Origin: a virus
Virus record (IMG/VR): IMGVR_UViG_3300046836_000283
Span: 1-41,873 of that record
DNA: 41,873 bases
Strand: one strand, 5' to 3'
Position numbers and translations under genes: made by a program. This document shows positions 11,665 through 21,385 of the stretch, piece after piece. Position 1 is the first letter of the stretch. Each line of letters starts with the position of its first letter. The notes under the pieces are model-generated. The model had not been told where the DNA came from and did not search any database. It saw only the letters and a list, made by a program, of their open reading frames with translations.

Positions 11665-13910
11665 GCCGGCGCGAACTGATTGCGTGGCGCTGTGATATTC
11701 AGACCGGGCGGTGGTGGGCGCCCGGCCGCTGTGTCGCTGTCGCCCCCTTGCTGCCCGAGAAACTCAGCGACTGCGGATGTCAGCGCCTGGCTATTCGGCG
11801 CCATCATGCCAGTCCGGTTGAGGAACTCCATTCCCGTCCCGCTGAACAGACGATCAGCAATGCCGCTCATGTTCTTGCGTGTCAGAGAGGCGGCCAATTT
11901 ATCGCCCACGGGTCCGAACCCCTGCATAATTCGCGACGGGCTCAACAACGTGCTGCCAACCTGTACGGCGCGCACCTCTGGCGATGCGGCCGCCGCCTCC
12001 TGAAGTGCCGCCGCACCGGCCGCGCGGGGCTGCGTCAAGCTATTCATACCGCGCGACTTCGCCACCGCCTCGATCGTCGTCATGACATTGTCGAGGCCCT
12101 GGAATGCTTGTGGACTCATCGCAGCTTGCATGGCGGCGCGCGTATTTGCATCACCCCAGATCTGGCGGCGCAGCATCGCTGGGTTCAGCCCCTCCTGCGA
12201 CTTACTGGCTTTGTCGAACGCGTCTTGCAGATAGGCGCGCGTTCCAGCTTGCCACTCGTCACTGCGGCCCGCTGCAGTGAAGGCGTCGCGTGCCTCGCTG
12301 ATCGCGCGCGGATTGTTGGTGTCGAACACCGGAGCCACGATGGCGCGGGCCGTCTCGTCCCCAGCACCAGGCGCCCCGAGTGAACTCTGCAGCCGAGCTG
12401 ACAGACGCTGTCCAGGAGCCGCTAGATCCCTGGCAGTCGCATAGCTGGGATATGCCGCATCCAGGTGCGTCAAGAGATCGGCCCGCAGGCTGTCGGTCGC
12501 CATCGCGGTGGTGTTCTCGCCGGCCCGCTTTGCCGTGCTGACGGCGTCGTCGAGCTTTCGCTTCGTTAGATCCCAAAGCGCAAAGTCCGGCGTGTCTGGA
12601 GCGGGCTTGCGGTATAGGTTGGAATAGTCGGATCTGGCTGCGTCCATTGCCGCCTTCACCGCCGGCGTGTCGGCGAGTTGCGCGAGGTCTGGCGACATGA
12701 CCTGGCCGCCTGCCTGCGCCTGCTGGTAGGCTGGCCTGGCGGCTGTATTCGCGTCCTGACGCGTGATGCGTTGCGCATCCTCTGCGGCCTGCTGGAACTG
12801 CATGGCGGCGTCGGTTTTGTCGGCGGATGGCGATACCGTGTCGAGGTAATGCTGATACGCCTGATTTAGTTGATTGCGCTGCCCTTGATAGAACGTCGCG
12901 GCAATATCAGCCGTGCCAGGCCCCGCTGCGCCGGAAGCAGCAACATCCTCGTGCGACAGCAGCGACGGCAATCCAGTCGCCTGACCCGGCAGCAGTGTGA
13001 CGCCTTGGGCCTGCGCTTGGTCAGACAACTGGTTGGCTCGGGATAGAATGCTCGGATCAAGCCGTAGCTTAGCTAAGTCCTGGGTGCTGAGACCGAGTGG
13101 GTTCGGCGCAGCGATGCGGAGAATGGAAGCGCCGCCAAGTTGTCCCGCAGCCGCGCCAGCACCTTCAGCGACCGTCTGGCGCCAGTTGTAGGGCTGAGGT
13201 GTCGGTGGTGTGCCTTGATGCCCTGGAATGCCGGGATCAAGCCGCGCCGCGAGTTGCTGCCGGAGGACATCACCAGCAGCCGCACCGGCTCCCGCCGCGA
13301 GAGGGCCAACGACCAGAGACGTGGGTCCGGCAGCGGCTCCCAGCCCGATACCGCCAGCAGCCGGGAGCGACGGTCCCACGAGCCCGCCAATGTTCGACGC
13401 CAGGTTTGCTGGCGAGAACGTACGCAGCGCGGAAATGTCGGGCTTGTCTGGATCGACGTAGTACGCCTGACCGTCCTGGCCGACCGCTGCCATGCGCCCA
13501 TTCGGGCCGTAGAACACACGGGCCTGTGCTTCGAGGGGCTTCAGGTCGGGGAACAACTGCCCCGCGATGATGCGGCGTTTCTGCTCGGGATCGGTGGCGA
13601 GGCTGCCGGCCGCCTGCACGACCGGACCTGGCGCCCTGTCTTCCGCGATCGGCACGCCGGTGGCGGCGGCAGGGACGTTGGGCGACGGCATGCCGACCGA
13701 CTGGGAGCGAACCGACGCAGGAATATACTGGTCCGATCGCGCTACTTGCGGCGGTGGTACGGGTTGTGGCGCAGGCGCACCAAACACAGTGCTCCACGCG
13801 TCGGAGCCTGCCGGGGGCGGCTGCGCTGGAGGCGCTGTCGTCGTACTGCTGTCGGGCGCCGGTTGGGCGGGCGGCGGCGCGCCGAATAAGTCGGACCAGG
13901 AAGCTGCCAT
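11652..13910 (-). CDS. Large virion internal/ejection-type protein (752 aa)
   Basis: Long high-GC3 ORF at the distal end of the structural operon, next to the SLT protein. The N-terminus is Pro/Ala-rich. Confidence 0.6.
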   Translation of the reverse strand: MAASWSDLFGAPPPAQPAPDSSTTTAPPAQPPPAGSDAWSTVFGAPAPQPVPPPQVARSDQYIPASVRSQSVGMPSPNVPAAATGVPIAEDRAPGPVVQAAGSLATDPEQKRRIIAGQLFPDLKPLEAQARVFYGPNGRMAAVGQDGQAYYVDPDKPDISALRTFSPANLASNIGGLVGPSLPAAGGIGLGAAAGPTSLVVGPLAAGAGAAAGDVLRQQLAARLDPGIPGHQGTPPTPQPYNWRQTVAEGAGAAAGQLGGASILRIAAPNPLGLSTQDLAKLRLDPSILSRANQLSDQAQAQGVTLLPGQATGLPSLLSHEDVAASGAAGPGTADIAATFYQGQRNQLNQAYQHYLDTVSPSADKTDAAMQFQQAAEDAQRITRQDANTAARPAYQQAQAGGQVMSPDLAQLADTPAVKAAMDAARSDYSNLYRKPAPDTPDFALWDLTKRKLDDAVSTAKRAGENTTAMATDSLRADLLTHLDAAYPSYATARDLAAPGQRLSARLQSSLGAPGAGDETARAIVAPVFDTNNPRAISEARDAFTAAGRSDEWQAGTRAYLQDAFDKASKSQEGLNPAMLRRQIWGDANTRAAMQAAMSPQAFQGLDNVMTTIEAVAKSRGMNSLTQPRAAGAAALQEAAAASPEVRAVQVGSTLLSPSRIMQGFGPVGDKLAASLTRKNMSGIADRLFSGTGMEFLNRTGMMAPNSQALTSAVAEFLGQQGGDSDTAAGRPPPPGLNITAPRNQFAPAYGP

Positions 13911-16301
13911 CTATTTCGTCCCGGCGCGGGCGAGAACGTCTTTAACCAACTCCTGCCCGTGCCCCGTGTTCATCGTAGCATTGGGATCGATCCGCGCCGC
14001 CAGCTTCATGGCATTCGTGGCATCTTGCACAGAGCCACCGAGACGGGATGCCCATGAGCCATAATCATCGCCGTTCAGAATACCGATGGCAGCAGCGCCT
14101 ATTTGTGGATTGTTCCGTTGCTGCCACTGAGCGTCATAGACAGAGACGGGCTCGTTGTAGCCGCCGCCATGCAGGAACGATGCCTGGTTGGTGTTAAAAT
14201 GTTGCTGCAATCCTTGCACGTAATCATCGGAGAGCGCTTTTTGCACTCTTATCATGTTGGTGACTTTTTGATTGGCCCCTGACAGCATCGAGATGCCAGG
14301 GTTGGCTTTTTGGTAAAGTTCCAGGCTCTGAATGCCAACATTCGATCCGAGATCAGACTTAGCATTGGCGCCGATTGTCGCAACAGCGAGCTTCTCCAGC
14401 ACCTGAGCGTCCGAACCGCTGCTCATTCCGGTGATGTTTTTGATGGTGTCAGCCGTGTAGCCGTGTTGCTCCATGTAGGTGGCAACTCTGGCGCGGAAAT
14501 CGCCCTCTGGCCCGGTCGCCTGACCTTTACTGAGAATGTCAGCCAGTTCGTTTAATTGCAGGAGACTTCCTTGTGCAGCCTGGCCGGCATCGGCTTTTCC
14601 TCGGACGATCGGAATGTCGGCATGGTACGCCGCTTCCTGCTGCTGGTAATCGCCCTGTGCTGGACGAGTGGCGCCCGCGAGGAACTGCATCTGCCCCGTG
14701 TTGTTGACGCCCCAACTTCCCGCGACATGCGGCCCCAGGTTCGTATTGTCCGGCGTCACCGGCTCGTATGCCTTCGTGCCGGGGTTCCAGACCGCCTCCG
14801 AGTTGCCGGTGAACCGCGGCGTGGTCGGCACCGGGTGCGCGGCCTGCCAGGTTTTCAGGTTCAGCTCAGCCTGGGCGTTGGAGAGCGTGCCCTGCTGCAC
14901 CGCGAGTTGCTGCTGCTGCATGTAGTCGGAGAACGCCTGCTGCCGCAGTTGGACGTTCTGGTTCACGAACGCCTGCTGCGCCGCCGCGACGGCGGGCTGC
15001 TTGTTCTGGGGATTGGCGGCGATCGCGTTGACCTGGCGCTGCTGAATGTCCGTCAGGCCGTTGGCGTTCAGGACCGGCATTTGCGGTGGCGGCGGCAGGG
15101 GTGCGGCCGGTGGCGGCTGCGGTGGCTGCGGCGGTTGGCGCACCCCGGGCTGTGGTGGTTGGGCTGTAGCGGGCGCGGGTTGCGGTGGCTGTGGCTGTGG
15201 CTGTGGCTGGCCGGGCTGTGCCGGGGCTGGCGGCTGTGTCGTATCCGTCTGCGCTGGCGGCAGCGTAGTGGCTCCAGGCGCCGCTGTGGACCCAGGTGGC
15301 GCCGTGGAGACCATGGGCGGCCCTGCGACCTGTGTCGGCACCGGCTGCCCTGGCTGGGCTGCGGCGGGCGCTGCGGAGGCTGTCGTGGCCCCTGCGGTTG
15401 GTGGCGTATAGGCGGTGACCGCGGCGTTCGGATCAGACGGCGCCAGCGTCGGGCGGTAGCCGAACACATGCTGCACATATGCCGGGTCGCCGCCCCCATT
15501 GTAGCGATGCAGAGCTGCGGCTTGCACAGCGGGATTGTTCGGATCACCGCCGCCCATCTGAGCCTTGAGATAGCGCGCGCCGAACAGGATGTTGTTGCGC
15601 ACGTTGTCCGGGCCGGTGATTGACGCCGGATCAACGCCAGCCATACCGGCAGGCGCACGCGCCGTGCTCGGCTTGATCTGGAAAAGACCGATTTCGTTGT
15701 CACCGGCCGCGGTGCCTTTGGCGTTCGGATTGAACCCGCTTTCCTGCCGCGCCTGGGCAATCAGAAGATCGACCGGAATACCGGTTTCTTTCGACGCCTC
15801 CTCGAAATACGGCAACCACTCGGTCGGCGCCGAGGCACTCGCTCCAGGCCCGCCAGTGCCGCGCGCCGGTATGGTCATTGGTGGCGCTGCGGCCCCTGAG
15901 GTGGTCCCAGGCGCTGCCGTGGAGGCGGTGTTGCTCGCGTTGGTGTACGCCTTGTTGGCCGTGAGGTTCTGCAGCCACTCGGCCTGTGTCTGGGCGGGAA
16001 TGGTCTGAGCGACCAGCGAGCGTAGCGTGCTCTCGTCGGGCAGCGTCGGGGGCGCATACTTCGCCAGGTTCTGCGCCTGCAGCATCCCCACCCCGCGGGA
16101 GTATAGCTCAGCCCGCTTGCCCAGGTCCGGCTCGTTCAGCAGCCCAGCCGCAAGACGCCCGACCTGCTCGTGGTCCGCCGCGGTCAGATCGATCTGCTGC
16201 ATCTGCAATTGGTTCGTCTGCGCCTGCTGCTTCCCCGCCATCAGCGGATCGAACAGCACGTTCGGGGTCGGTGAGACCTGCGGACTTGAGAACTCGGACA
16301 T
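13911..16301 (-). CDS. Internal virion protein with lytic transglycosylase (SLT) domain
   Basis: IPVDLLIAQARQESGFNPNAKGTAAGDNEIGLFQIKPSTA is the SLT catalytic-Glu motif. A long PQ-rich linker follows. Confidence 0.8.
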   Translation of the reverse strand: MSEFSSPQVSPTPNVLFDPLMAGKQQAQTNQLQMQQIDLTAADHEQVGRLAAGLLNEPDLGKRAELYSRGVGMLQAQNLAKYAPPTLPDESTLRSLVAQTIPAQTQAEWLQNLTANKAYTNASNTASTAAPGTTSGAAAPPMTIPARGTGGPGASASAPTEWLPYFEEASKETGIPVDLLIAQARQESGFNPNAKGTAAGDNEIGLFQIKPSTARAPAGMAGVDPASITGPDNVRNNILFGARYLKAQMGGGDPNNPAVQAAALHRYNGGGDPAYVQHVFGYRPTLAPSDPNAAVTAYTPPTAGATTASAAPAAAQPGQPVPTQVAGPPMVSTAPPGSTAAPGATTLPPAQTDTTQPPAPAQPGQPQPQPQPPQPAPATAQPPQPGVRQPPQPPQPPPAAPLPPPPQMPVLNANGLTDIQQRQVNAIAANPQNKQPAVAAAQQAFVNQNVQLRQQAFSDYMQQQQLAVQQGTLSNAQAELNLKTWQAAHPVPTTPRFTGNSEAVWNPGTKAYEPVTPDNTNLGPHVAGSWGVNNTGQMQFLAGATRPAQGDYQQQEAAYHADIPIVRGKADAGQAAQGSLLQLNELADILSKGQATGPEGDFRARVATYMEQHGYTADTIKNITGMSSGSDAQVLEKLAVATIGANAKSDLGSNVGIQSLELYQKANPGISMLSGANQKVTNMIRVQKALSDDYVQGLQQHFNTNQASFLHGGGYNEPVSVYDAQWQQRNNPQIGAAAIGILNGDDYGSWASRLGGSVQDATNAMKLAARIDPNATMNTGHGQELVKDVLARAGTK

Positions 16302-16954
16302 TAAAAGACCCCGCCAGACTGGAATGTGCCGGTATAGCCTGCCGAGATGCCTGGGGTTGGATTGTAGCCTGGGTTGTAATTCTGGTTGATGCCGCCGCTA
16401 CTGCCACCACCTTTGATGTAGTTCTGGAAGTTCTGGTTGTTCAGCAACTGATTAGCGGAACCGCCAAGGCTGCCCGCGACGTTGCCATAGATGCTGCTAT
16501 CCGCGCCCGCCGCGCCCCGATCGGTCGAGGCGATGTTGGAAGCCCCCCCGGTCGCCGCGCCGGCAATGCCGCCCGCCGCTGTCAGGCCGCTCCCGCTGAG
16601 TTGCTGCAACCGGTTCCAGTAGCTGCCGAAGTCGCTGGCCGCCAACCCGCTGCCGAACTCCTGCTCAGCCTGTAGCGCCGCCCCCGACCGCGCAAACCCC
16701 TTCGCCGCGGCCCCAGCATCCACCGCGCGCTCACCCTGGCTAAGCTGGAACTGATACCCCGGCGAACTTTGGAACTTCGCCATCGCCGCGTTCGCCGCGT
16801 CCTGCCCGTTCAGCCCGAGCAGGTCAGACTGGTCGGTGAGCGCCGGCTGCCCCGCCGTGGTCCATGGGCTCAACTGGTTCGTTGCCGTGTTGACGCCCTG
16901 CTGGACGGCCTGATTGGCCGCCGACTGGCCGCTCTTGATGGCTTGTTGTTGCAT
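16301..16954 (-). CDS. Putative internal virion/ejection protein (Gly/Ala/Gln-rich, 217 aa)
   Basis: Position in the operon, and TAATG overlap with the SLT gene. Confidence 0.5.
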   Translation of the reverse strand: MQQQAIKSGQSAANQAVQQGVNTATNQLSPWTTAGQPALTDQSDLLGLNGQDAANAAMAKFQSSPGYQFQLSQGERAVDAGAAAKGFARSGAALQAEQEFGSGLAASDFGSYWNRLQQLSGSGLTAAGGIAGAATGGASNIASTDRGAAGADSSIYGNVAGSLGGSANQLLNNQNFQNYIKGGGSSGGINQNYNPGYNPTPGISAGYTGTFQSGGVF

Positions 16955-17026
16955 GACGCCGCCGGCAATTGCGCCAGCAGCACCGATCCCAGCGGCCGCA
17001 ACTGCGAAGGGTATGGCACGTACTCC

Positions 17027-17374
17027 TTATTCCAACTCGAGGTGATGTTCCTCGGCCACCACGGGCTCGTCGGCCTCGAGGTGGTCCGCGTTGTGTATAC
17101 AGGCGAGTACAACGCCCGGCGTGAGCGTTAGGAAGCTGTGCATCACGCGTGCGGGTATGCGGATCGTGGCCGGCGCGCAGTATTCGGTCGGGCCGTCGTC
17201 ATCGCCCTCCCGCCACAGCCGAACGCGGCCTTGCAGCAGGGCCGTCAGGTGCCCAAATTCGTGCGCATGCTGCGGCAACAGCGTATCGGCGTCGGGGACG
17301 CGATAGACTTTATAGTAGATACCGGCGTATATACTGACGCTGATCGTCTCTGGCTGGTTGGCGGCGCGTTTCAT
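17027..17374 (-). CDS. Cupin-domain protein (115 aa)
   Basis: LLPQHAHEFGHLTALLQGRVRLW...IPARVMHSF has cupin-like His/Glu motifs. ATGA overlap with the upstream hydroxylase gene. Confidence 0.55.
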   Translation of the reverse strand: MKRAANQPETISVSIYAGIYYKVYRVPDADTLLPQHAHEFGHLTALLQGRVRLWREGDDDGPTEYCAPATIRIPARVMHSFLTLTPGVVLACIHNADHLEADEPVVAEEHHLELE

Positions 17375-17922
17375 TCGCACCTCATGCTCACGATGAGCGT
17401 CACACGATCCGTCTGGCCCTCGTTCACCGTGCTATGAACCTGCAGGTTGTCGAACAACCAAGCGTCACCGACGTTCATCACCACGCGCTCATCCCCGCAT
17501 GTGTTGAAGCACCCAGGATTTGTCGCCAGCGGAAGATATGCTTTCGTCTGGAACCACTCGCTGTGCCATCGCCCCTTGTCGTCGTGCGGCGCAACCTGGC
17601 CTCCTGCGGAAACGCGTGTTATGAGGATGCCACCGAGCTGCACGGCCTCAACGCGAGACATCAACCCGAACACGATCGGACGGAGATGCGGCAGCGCGTG
17701 CCATGCGGGATAGAACACAGGCACATGCGGCTCAGCGAATGCCTCCACGTCGTTGAGCTGATCAGGCGCCCTGAACCGCACCCAGATGTCATCTGTTCCT
17801 ACAAACGAGCCAGCGCCACCCGTGCGCGCGGTGTGCTGGTTCCACAACTCCGGTTGCCGGTATAAATCCAGCGCGAGCGGCAGTACCTCGACGCCAGCAG
17901 CGATCTTCACGAAGTTCCGCAT
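17371..17922 (-). CDS. Aspartyl/asparaginyl beta-hydroxylase-like 2OG-Fe(II) oxygenase
   Basis: PELWNQHTAR...WVRFRAP...FYPAWHALPHLRPIVF...GGQVAPHDDKGRWH...LFDNLQVHSTVN shows an HxD...H facial triad in an Asp_Arg_Hydrox-like context. Confidence 0.6.
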   Translation of the reverse strand: MRNFVKIAAGVEVLPLALDLYRQPELWNQHTARTGGAGSFVGTDDIWVRFRAPDQLNDVEAFAEPHVPVFYPAWHALPHLRPIVFGLMSRVEAVQLGGILITRVSAGGQVAPHDDKGRWHSEWFQTKAYLPLATNPGCFNTCGDERVVMNVGDAWLFDNLQVHSTVNEGQTDRVTLIVSMRCE

Positions 17923-18473
17923 CACCGCATCCTACGCGCCCTGATCGTGCCACTGGCCGTCATGCTGCCGGTGAAGCCCGCCTGCGCCACCAGCCACACG
18001 GTCACGGTCGCTGTCTCGCTGTAGCGCCGCGTCGCAGTCGAGAGGCCCTGCGTGACCGCTCCAGTCGACACAGTTGCGTTGATCTGCGTCTCAAGGCCAT
18101 CAATGGCACCAACGGCGGCGGCATAGAAGTTGTGCGTGCCAGCCCCGGCATTGAACTGCACATGGCCAGACACGTCCCAGTCGCCCGCCGTCAGAGCCAG
18201 CGATACGATGTTCACAGCCGCGTTGTTCGTCAGCGCAATGCCGCTGGCTGTCGCGGTCAGGTACTCCCCGATCTGGCCGGCTGCCGCATCCGAGCCGTCG
18301 GTCACGCCGGCGCCAGCGCCAACCTTGGCCGCCAGCTTGTTGACCTGATCCGCGACGCTCTGGTGATACTCGGTCCATGCCTGCGAGTGCTGCTGGCCCG
18401 ATGCATCGGCCACGATCGGCGCATCATAAAATGGTGGATCGACCAGCTTCTGCGCGGTGACGGAGGATGACAT
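17922..18473 (-). CDS. Tail-associated hypothetical protein (183 aa)
   Basis: TGATG overlap with the hub gene. Beta-rich Ala/Gly/Thr composition typical of fibre or needle proteins. Confidence 0.5.
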   Translation of the reverse strand: MSSSVTAQKLVDPPFYDAPIVADASGQQHSQAWTEYHQSVADQVNKLAAKVGAGAGVTDGSDAAAGQIGEYLTATASGIALTNNAAVNIVSLALTAGDWDVSGHVQFNAGAGTHNFYAAAVGAIDGLETQINATVSTGAVTQGLSTATRRYSETATVTVWLVAQAGFTGSMTASGTIRARRMR

Positions 18474-19951
18474 CAGGATGCACCAGCGGTGATGTCCGCA
18501 TCGACAGCGTATATACGCGTCAACCCGTGGCACGTCAGCCGGAACGTGCGCTGCCGAAAGCTGCCCAGCCGCGTCGTATATACACGCTTGCGGAGTTCGC
18601 TCGGCAGCCCCGCCGACATGGTGCGCTGTGGCCCCCACGTCCTCGAGCCGTCATCGCTCCACTCAAGCAGCACGTCGCCCGGGGTGTTGGTGCCGCCCAC
18701 CTCCATCTCGATCTCGACGCGAGCGCAGAACGCGCGCCTGGTGGCGGCCCAGAGTGGCGGCAGCGTCGCCTGGCGGATCACATCGATGTTGATGTCGTTC
18801 GCCCCCATGGCGAGCGTGTAGAGCCAGCCTGTCGTCCGGTCGCCATACAGATGGAGTGAATTGTTGTCGGTGGCGGCCACCGTCGTCCCCCACGGCGCTG
18901 ATCCATCGGTGCTGGTGGAACGCTCGTGCCAGTTGCCGGTGGCCACGTCATACACCAGCGTTCGGTTATCGATCGTCGTCAGGCTATAGAACCAGTGGCC
19001 GCGATAGGCGTGCGTCAGCGCCCACAGGGCCACCGTGCTGGGACCGATGATCGCCTCGATGGCGTGCGTAGAAACCCGCTGCTGCGTATAGCCCTTCGAG
19101 CGGTAGACAATCCCGTCTAGGCCGACCCACCACACCGATCCATCGGCGCGGCAGACCGACATGGGCGAACCCGTGCCGGTCCAGATCACACCGCCTGAGG
19201 CCCGGCGGAACGGGAAGAAGCTCTCGCCCGCGGTCAATTCCAGCCCGGACGAACCGGCATCATACCAGACCTCGAAGCCGCTCTCGCCCACCGTCCAGAT
19301 TTGTCCGCGGTGGCTGATCACCCGGCGGATGACGTTAGGCAGTGCATCGGAGAATACAAAGTCGAGTGCAGCAAACGCTGACGGATCGAGTAACCGGGAG
19401 ATGAACCATTGCGCGCTGTCACCTAGCGCCGAGAAGGCGAAATACCCATCGACATAACAGACGCTCGTGGCACCCGGATAATCCGGGTCGGTGATCTGGT
19501 TGAGGGTGTCGGTGGGCAAGTGTCCGCAGGTATAGGCATTCGGCGCAGAGCAGACGACAACCGCGGTCGGCCCGGCGGCAATCGTCACGAAGGAGTTCCA
19601 CGGGCTGGTGCCGGCGTCGGGCACACCGACGGCGCCGATTGGCGTAGCTGTCGGGTTGCCGCCGAGATCGAATGTCACGCGGAACGCCTCGACCCCGCTC
19701 ACCACGTAGATACAGCCTGGCTGGTCGTCGTTCATCGCCAGGATAGGGCCAGTGCCGACCGGGATGTAGGGCACCAGTCCTGGCGTCGAGACCAGGGCAG
19801 CCGCCACACGAGCGTCGTCTGGCGCCTTCTCGGCCATCAGGTTCACGAGGCGTTTAGCGACCAGCGGCAGCGACGGATGCTCATAGCTTTCCAGCGGAAA
19901 CGGTATCCGCTGCATGCCGGCCGGCGCGGCCTGGGTGGTTTGTCCGCTCAT
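18473..19951 (-). CDS. P22 gp10-like tail hub / DNA stabilisation protein
   Basis: The N-terminus IPFPLESYEHPSLPLVAKRLVNLMAE and the C-terminus RVEIEMEVGG...RVYTTRLGSFRQRTFRLTCHGLTRIYAVDADI parallel the gp10 ends. ATGA overlap at 19948-19951. Confidence 0.6.
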   Translation of the reverse strand: MSGQTTQAAPAGMQRIPFPLESYEHPSLPLVAKRLVNLMAEKAPDDARVAAALVSTPGLVPYIPVGTGPILAMNDDQPGCIYVVSGVEAFRVTFDLGGNPTATPIGAVGVPDAGTSPWNSFVTIAAGPTAVVVCSAPNAYTCGHLPTDTLNQITDPDYPGATSVCYVDGYFAFSALGDSAQWFISRLLDPSAFAALDFVFSDALPNVIRRVISHRGQIWTVGESGFEVWYDAGSSGLELTAGESFFPFRRASGGVIWTGTGSPMSVCRADGSVWWVGLDGIVYRSKGYTQQRVSTHAIEAIIGPSTVALWALTHAYRGHWFYSLTTIDNRTLVYDVATGNWHERSTSTDGSAPWGTTVAATDNNSLHLYGDRTTGWLYTLAMGANDINIDVIRQATLPPLWAATRRAFCARVEIEMEVGGTNTPGDVLLEWSDDGSRTWGPQRTMSAGLPSELRKRVYTTRLGSFRQRTFRLTCHGLTRIYAVDADITAGAS

Positions 19952-21372
19952 GCGACGTTGTTGGCGAACACGCGGGTCGTGCCAGGGATGCTGGCGGCCC
20001 AGCCGCCGAACACGTTGCCGCAGACGTTGTGCGCGCCGTCCAGGCTGACGGAGAGCACGGCACCAGAGGCGGCGCCCTTCGGGGTAAACCGGCACCCGTT
20101 CATGGTCAGCAATACAGCGTCGGTGATGGACACAGCCGCGAGGGTCCGTGTGGTCTGCGGCATGTTGAAGTGGCAGCCGTTCAGGATGACGATGCCGTTG
20201 GTGAAACTCGCCACCGCTGAGTGATTGGTACTGGCGGCCATATCAAAGCGGGATGCCGAAATTTGCAGCGTTATCCCGACACTAGCGGATGTCTGGATCA
20301 TCCCGCCGGCCAGCGTCACGGTTGCCAGGAACCAGCACGCCGACATCGACAGGTTGCCGCCCGCCATCTCCACGGCGTAGCCGGTGGATGCTCCCATAGT
20401 GAAGTCACACCCCGACACTTCCAGGTTGCCGGCCGCTATGTTGATCCCTGCATAGGTGTCAAAATCGCAATTCGTCACATTGCCGATTGTTGAGCTGGTG
20501 CCATCGGCGCTGACGATCAACTGAATGCCCAGAGAACAATAGAACAGGCAGCCGATGACGTGCAGGTCATCGCAGCGACCGCTCAGAATGCCGCGCGCGG
20601 CCCCATGGTAGATCGTGGTTTGATTGGCGGTCAGCAAATCCGGCTCGAACCGGCAGGACTGCACAGTGATGCTGTCGGCCTCGCCATCCAGGTAGATGTG
20701 CCAGTCGAAGCAACATAGCTCGCAGTCGACAATCGATGCGCCAGCGGCATTCAAGCGCAGATCGATCCCGACCATCGCGGCGTTGATTTTGATCCGGTGC
20801 CAGGTGGCGCGTGCGACTGACTGGCAATAGAAAGCTGCGGGGTAGTGAACGAGCGCGCTGGTGTCCGTCGTGTCGGGTTGGGCGAAGTTGATCTGGAAAT
20901 CGCGGAACTGCGGCCCCGGCACCCACGGGCCTCCTGGACAGACGAACACACCCTGCGCCGAGAGGTTGAAGCTGCTTGGGATGGCGATGATGGTGACGCC
21001 CTTGCCGTCGCCCTCGATCACCTGGCCTGGGGTTGTGCAGTTGATGGCGTTGGTAATGCGGAAGGCGACGGGCGGGCGTGGCATATAGACCCGCTTACCT
21101 GTGGCGATCGCGGCCTGAAACGCGGCGGTATCGTCGTGAACATTGTCGCCGATCGCGCCGTAGTCGAGCACGTTGGCAATGGTGCTCCAGCGGTCAGCGT
21201 TCGAGCGCGGTGTGGTCGACCCGGTTGCGGTGACCATGTTGGTGTAGTCGCGGAATTGCGTCGCCGCGAACCGCCCGGAACCGGCGCGCTCGCCGACCAC
21301 GGACGAGCTGTCGTTGACCGCGCCGAGGTCGGGCATGTCGGCAATGCGGACGCCGCCGATCGTGGTGCTCAT
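19948..21372 (-). CDS. Tailspike with right-handed beta-helix (pectate-lyase-like) domain
   Basis: NVLDYGAIGDNVHDDTAAFQAAIATGKRVYMP is a Pectate_lyase_3-type signature. The N-terminal anchor [32 protein letters not shown] is shared with the fibre at 22361-23146. Confidence 0.75.
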   Translation of the reverse strand: MSTTIGGVRIADMPDLGAVNDSSSVVGERAGSGRFAATQFRDYTNMVTATGSTTPRSNADRWSTIANVLDYGAIGDNVHDDTAAFQAAIATGKRVYMPRPPVAFRITNAINCTTPGQVIEGDGKGVTIIAIPSSFNLSAQGVFVCPGGPWVPGPQFRDFQINFAQPDTTDTSALVHYPAAFYCQSVARATWHRIKINAAMVGIDLRLNAAGASIVDCELCCFDWHIYLDGEADSITVQSCRFEPDLLTANQTTIYHGAARGILSGRCDDLHVIGCLFYCSLGIQLIVSADGTSSTIGNVTNCDFDTYAGINIAAGNLEVSGCDFTMGASTGYAVEMAGGNLSMSACWFLATVTLAGGMIQTSASVGITLQISASRFDMAASTNHSAVASFTNGIVILNGCHFNMPQTTRTLAAVSITDAVLLTMNGCRFTPKGAASGAVLSVSLDGAHNVCGNVFGGWAASIPGTTRVFANNVA

Positions 21373-21385
21373 GCCAGTAGTGCTC

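Noticed and set aside
15050-15420. Repeat-rich DNA (ggctgtggctgtggctgtgg...) and the long plus-strand ORFs 14556..15623 and 15046..15411
   Set aside because: This is the low-complexity PQ/PA linker (QPQPQPQPPQP...) of the minus-strand SLT protein. The plus-strand ORFs are Arg/Gly/Cys/Trp-rich shadows typical of high-GC antisense frames.
16870-17112. 80-aa minus-strand ORF overlapping the cupin / ejection-protein junction (includes the SD plus GTG start at 17019)
   Set aside because: The product is Arg/Ser/Pro-rich with no features and overlaps two better-supported genes. It is retained only as the start-site oddity in the findings.
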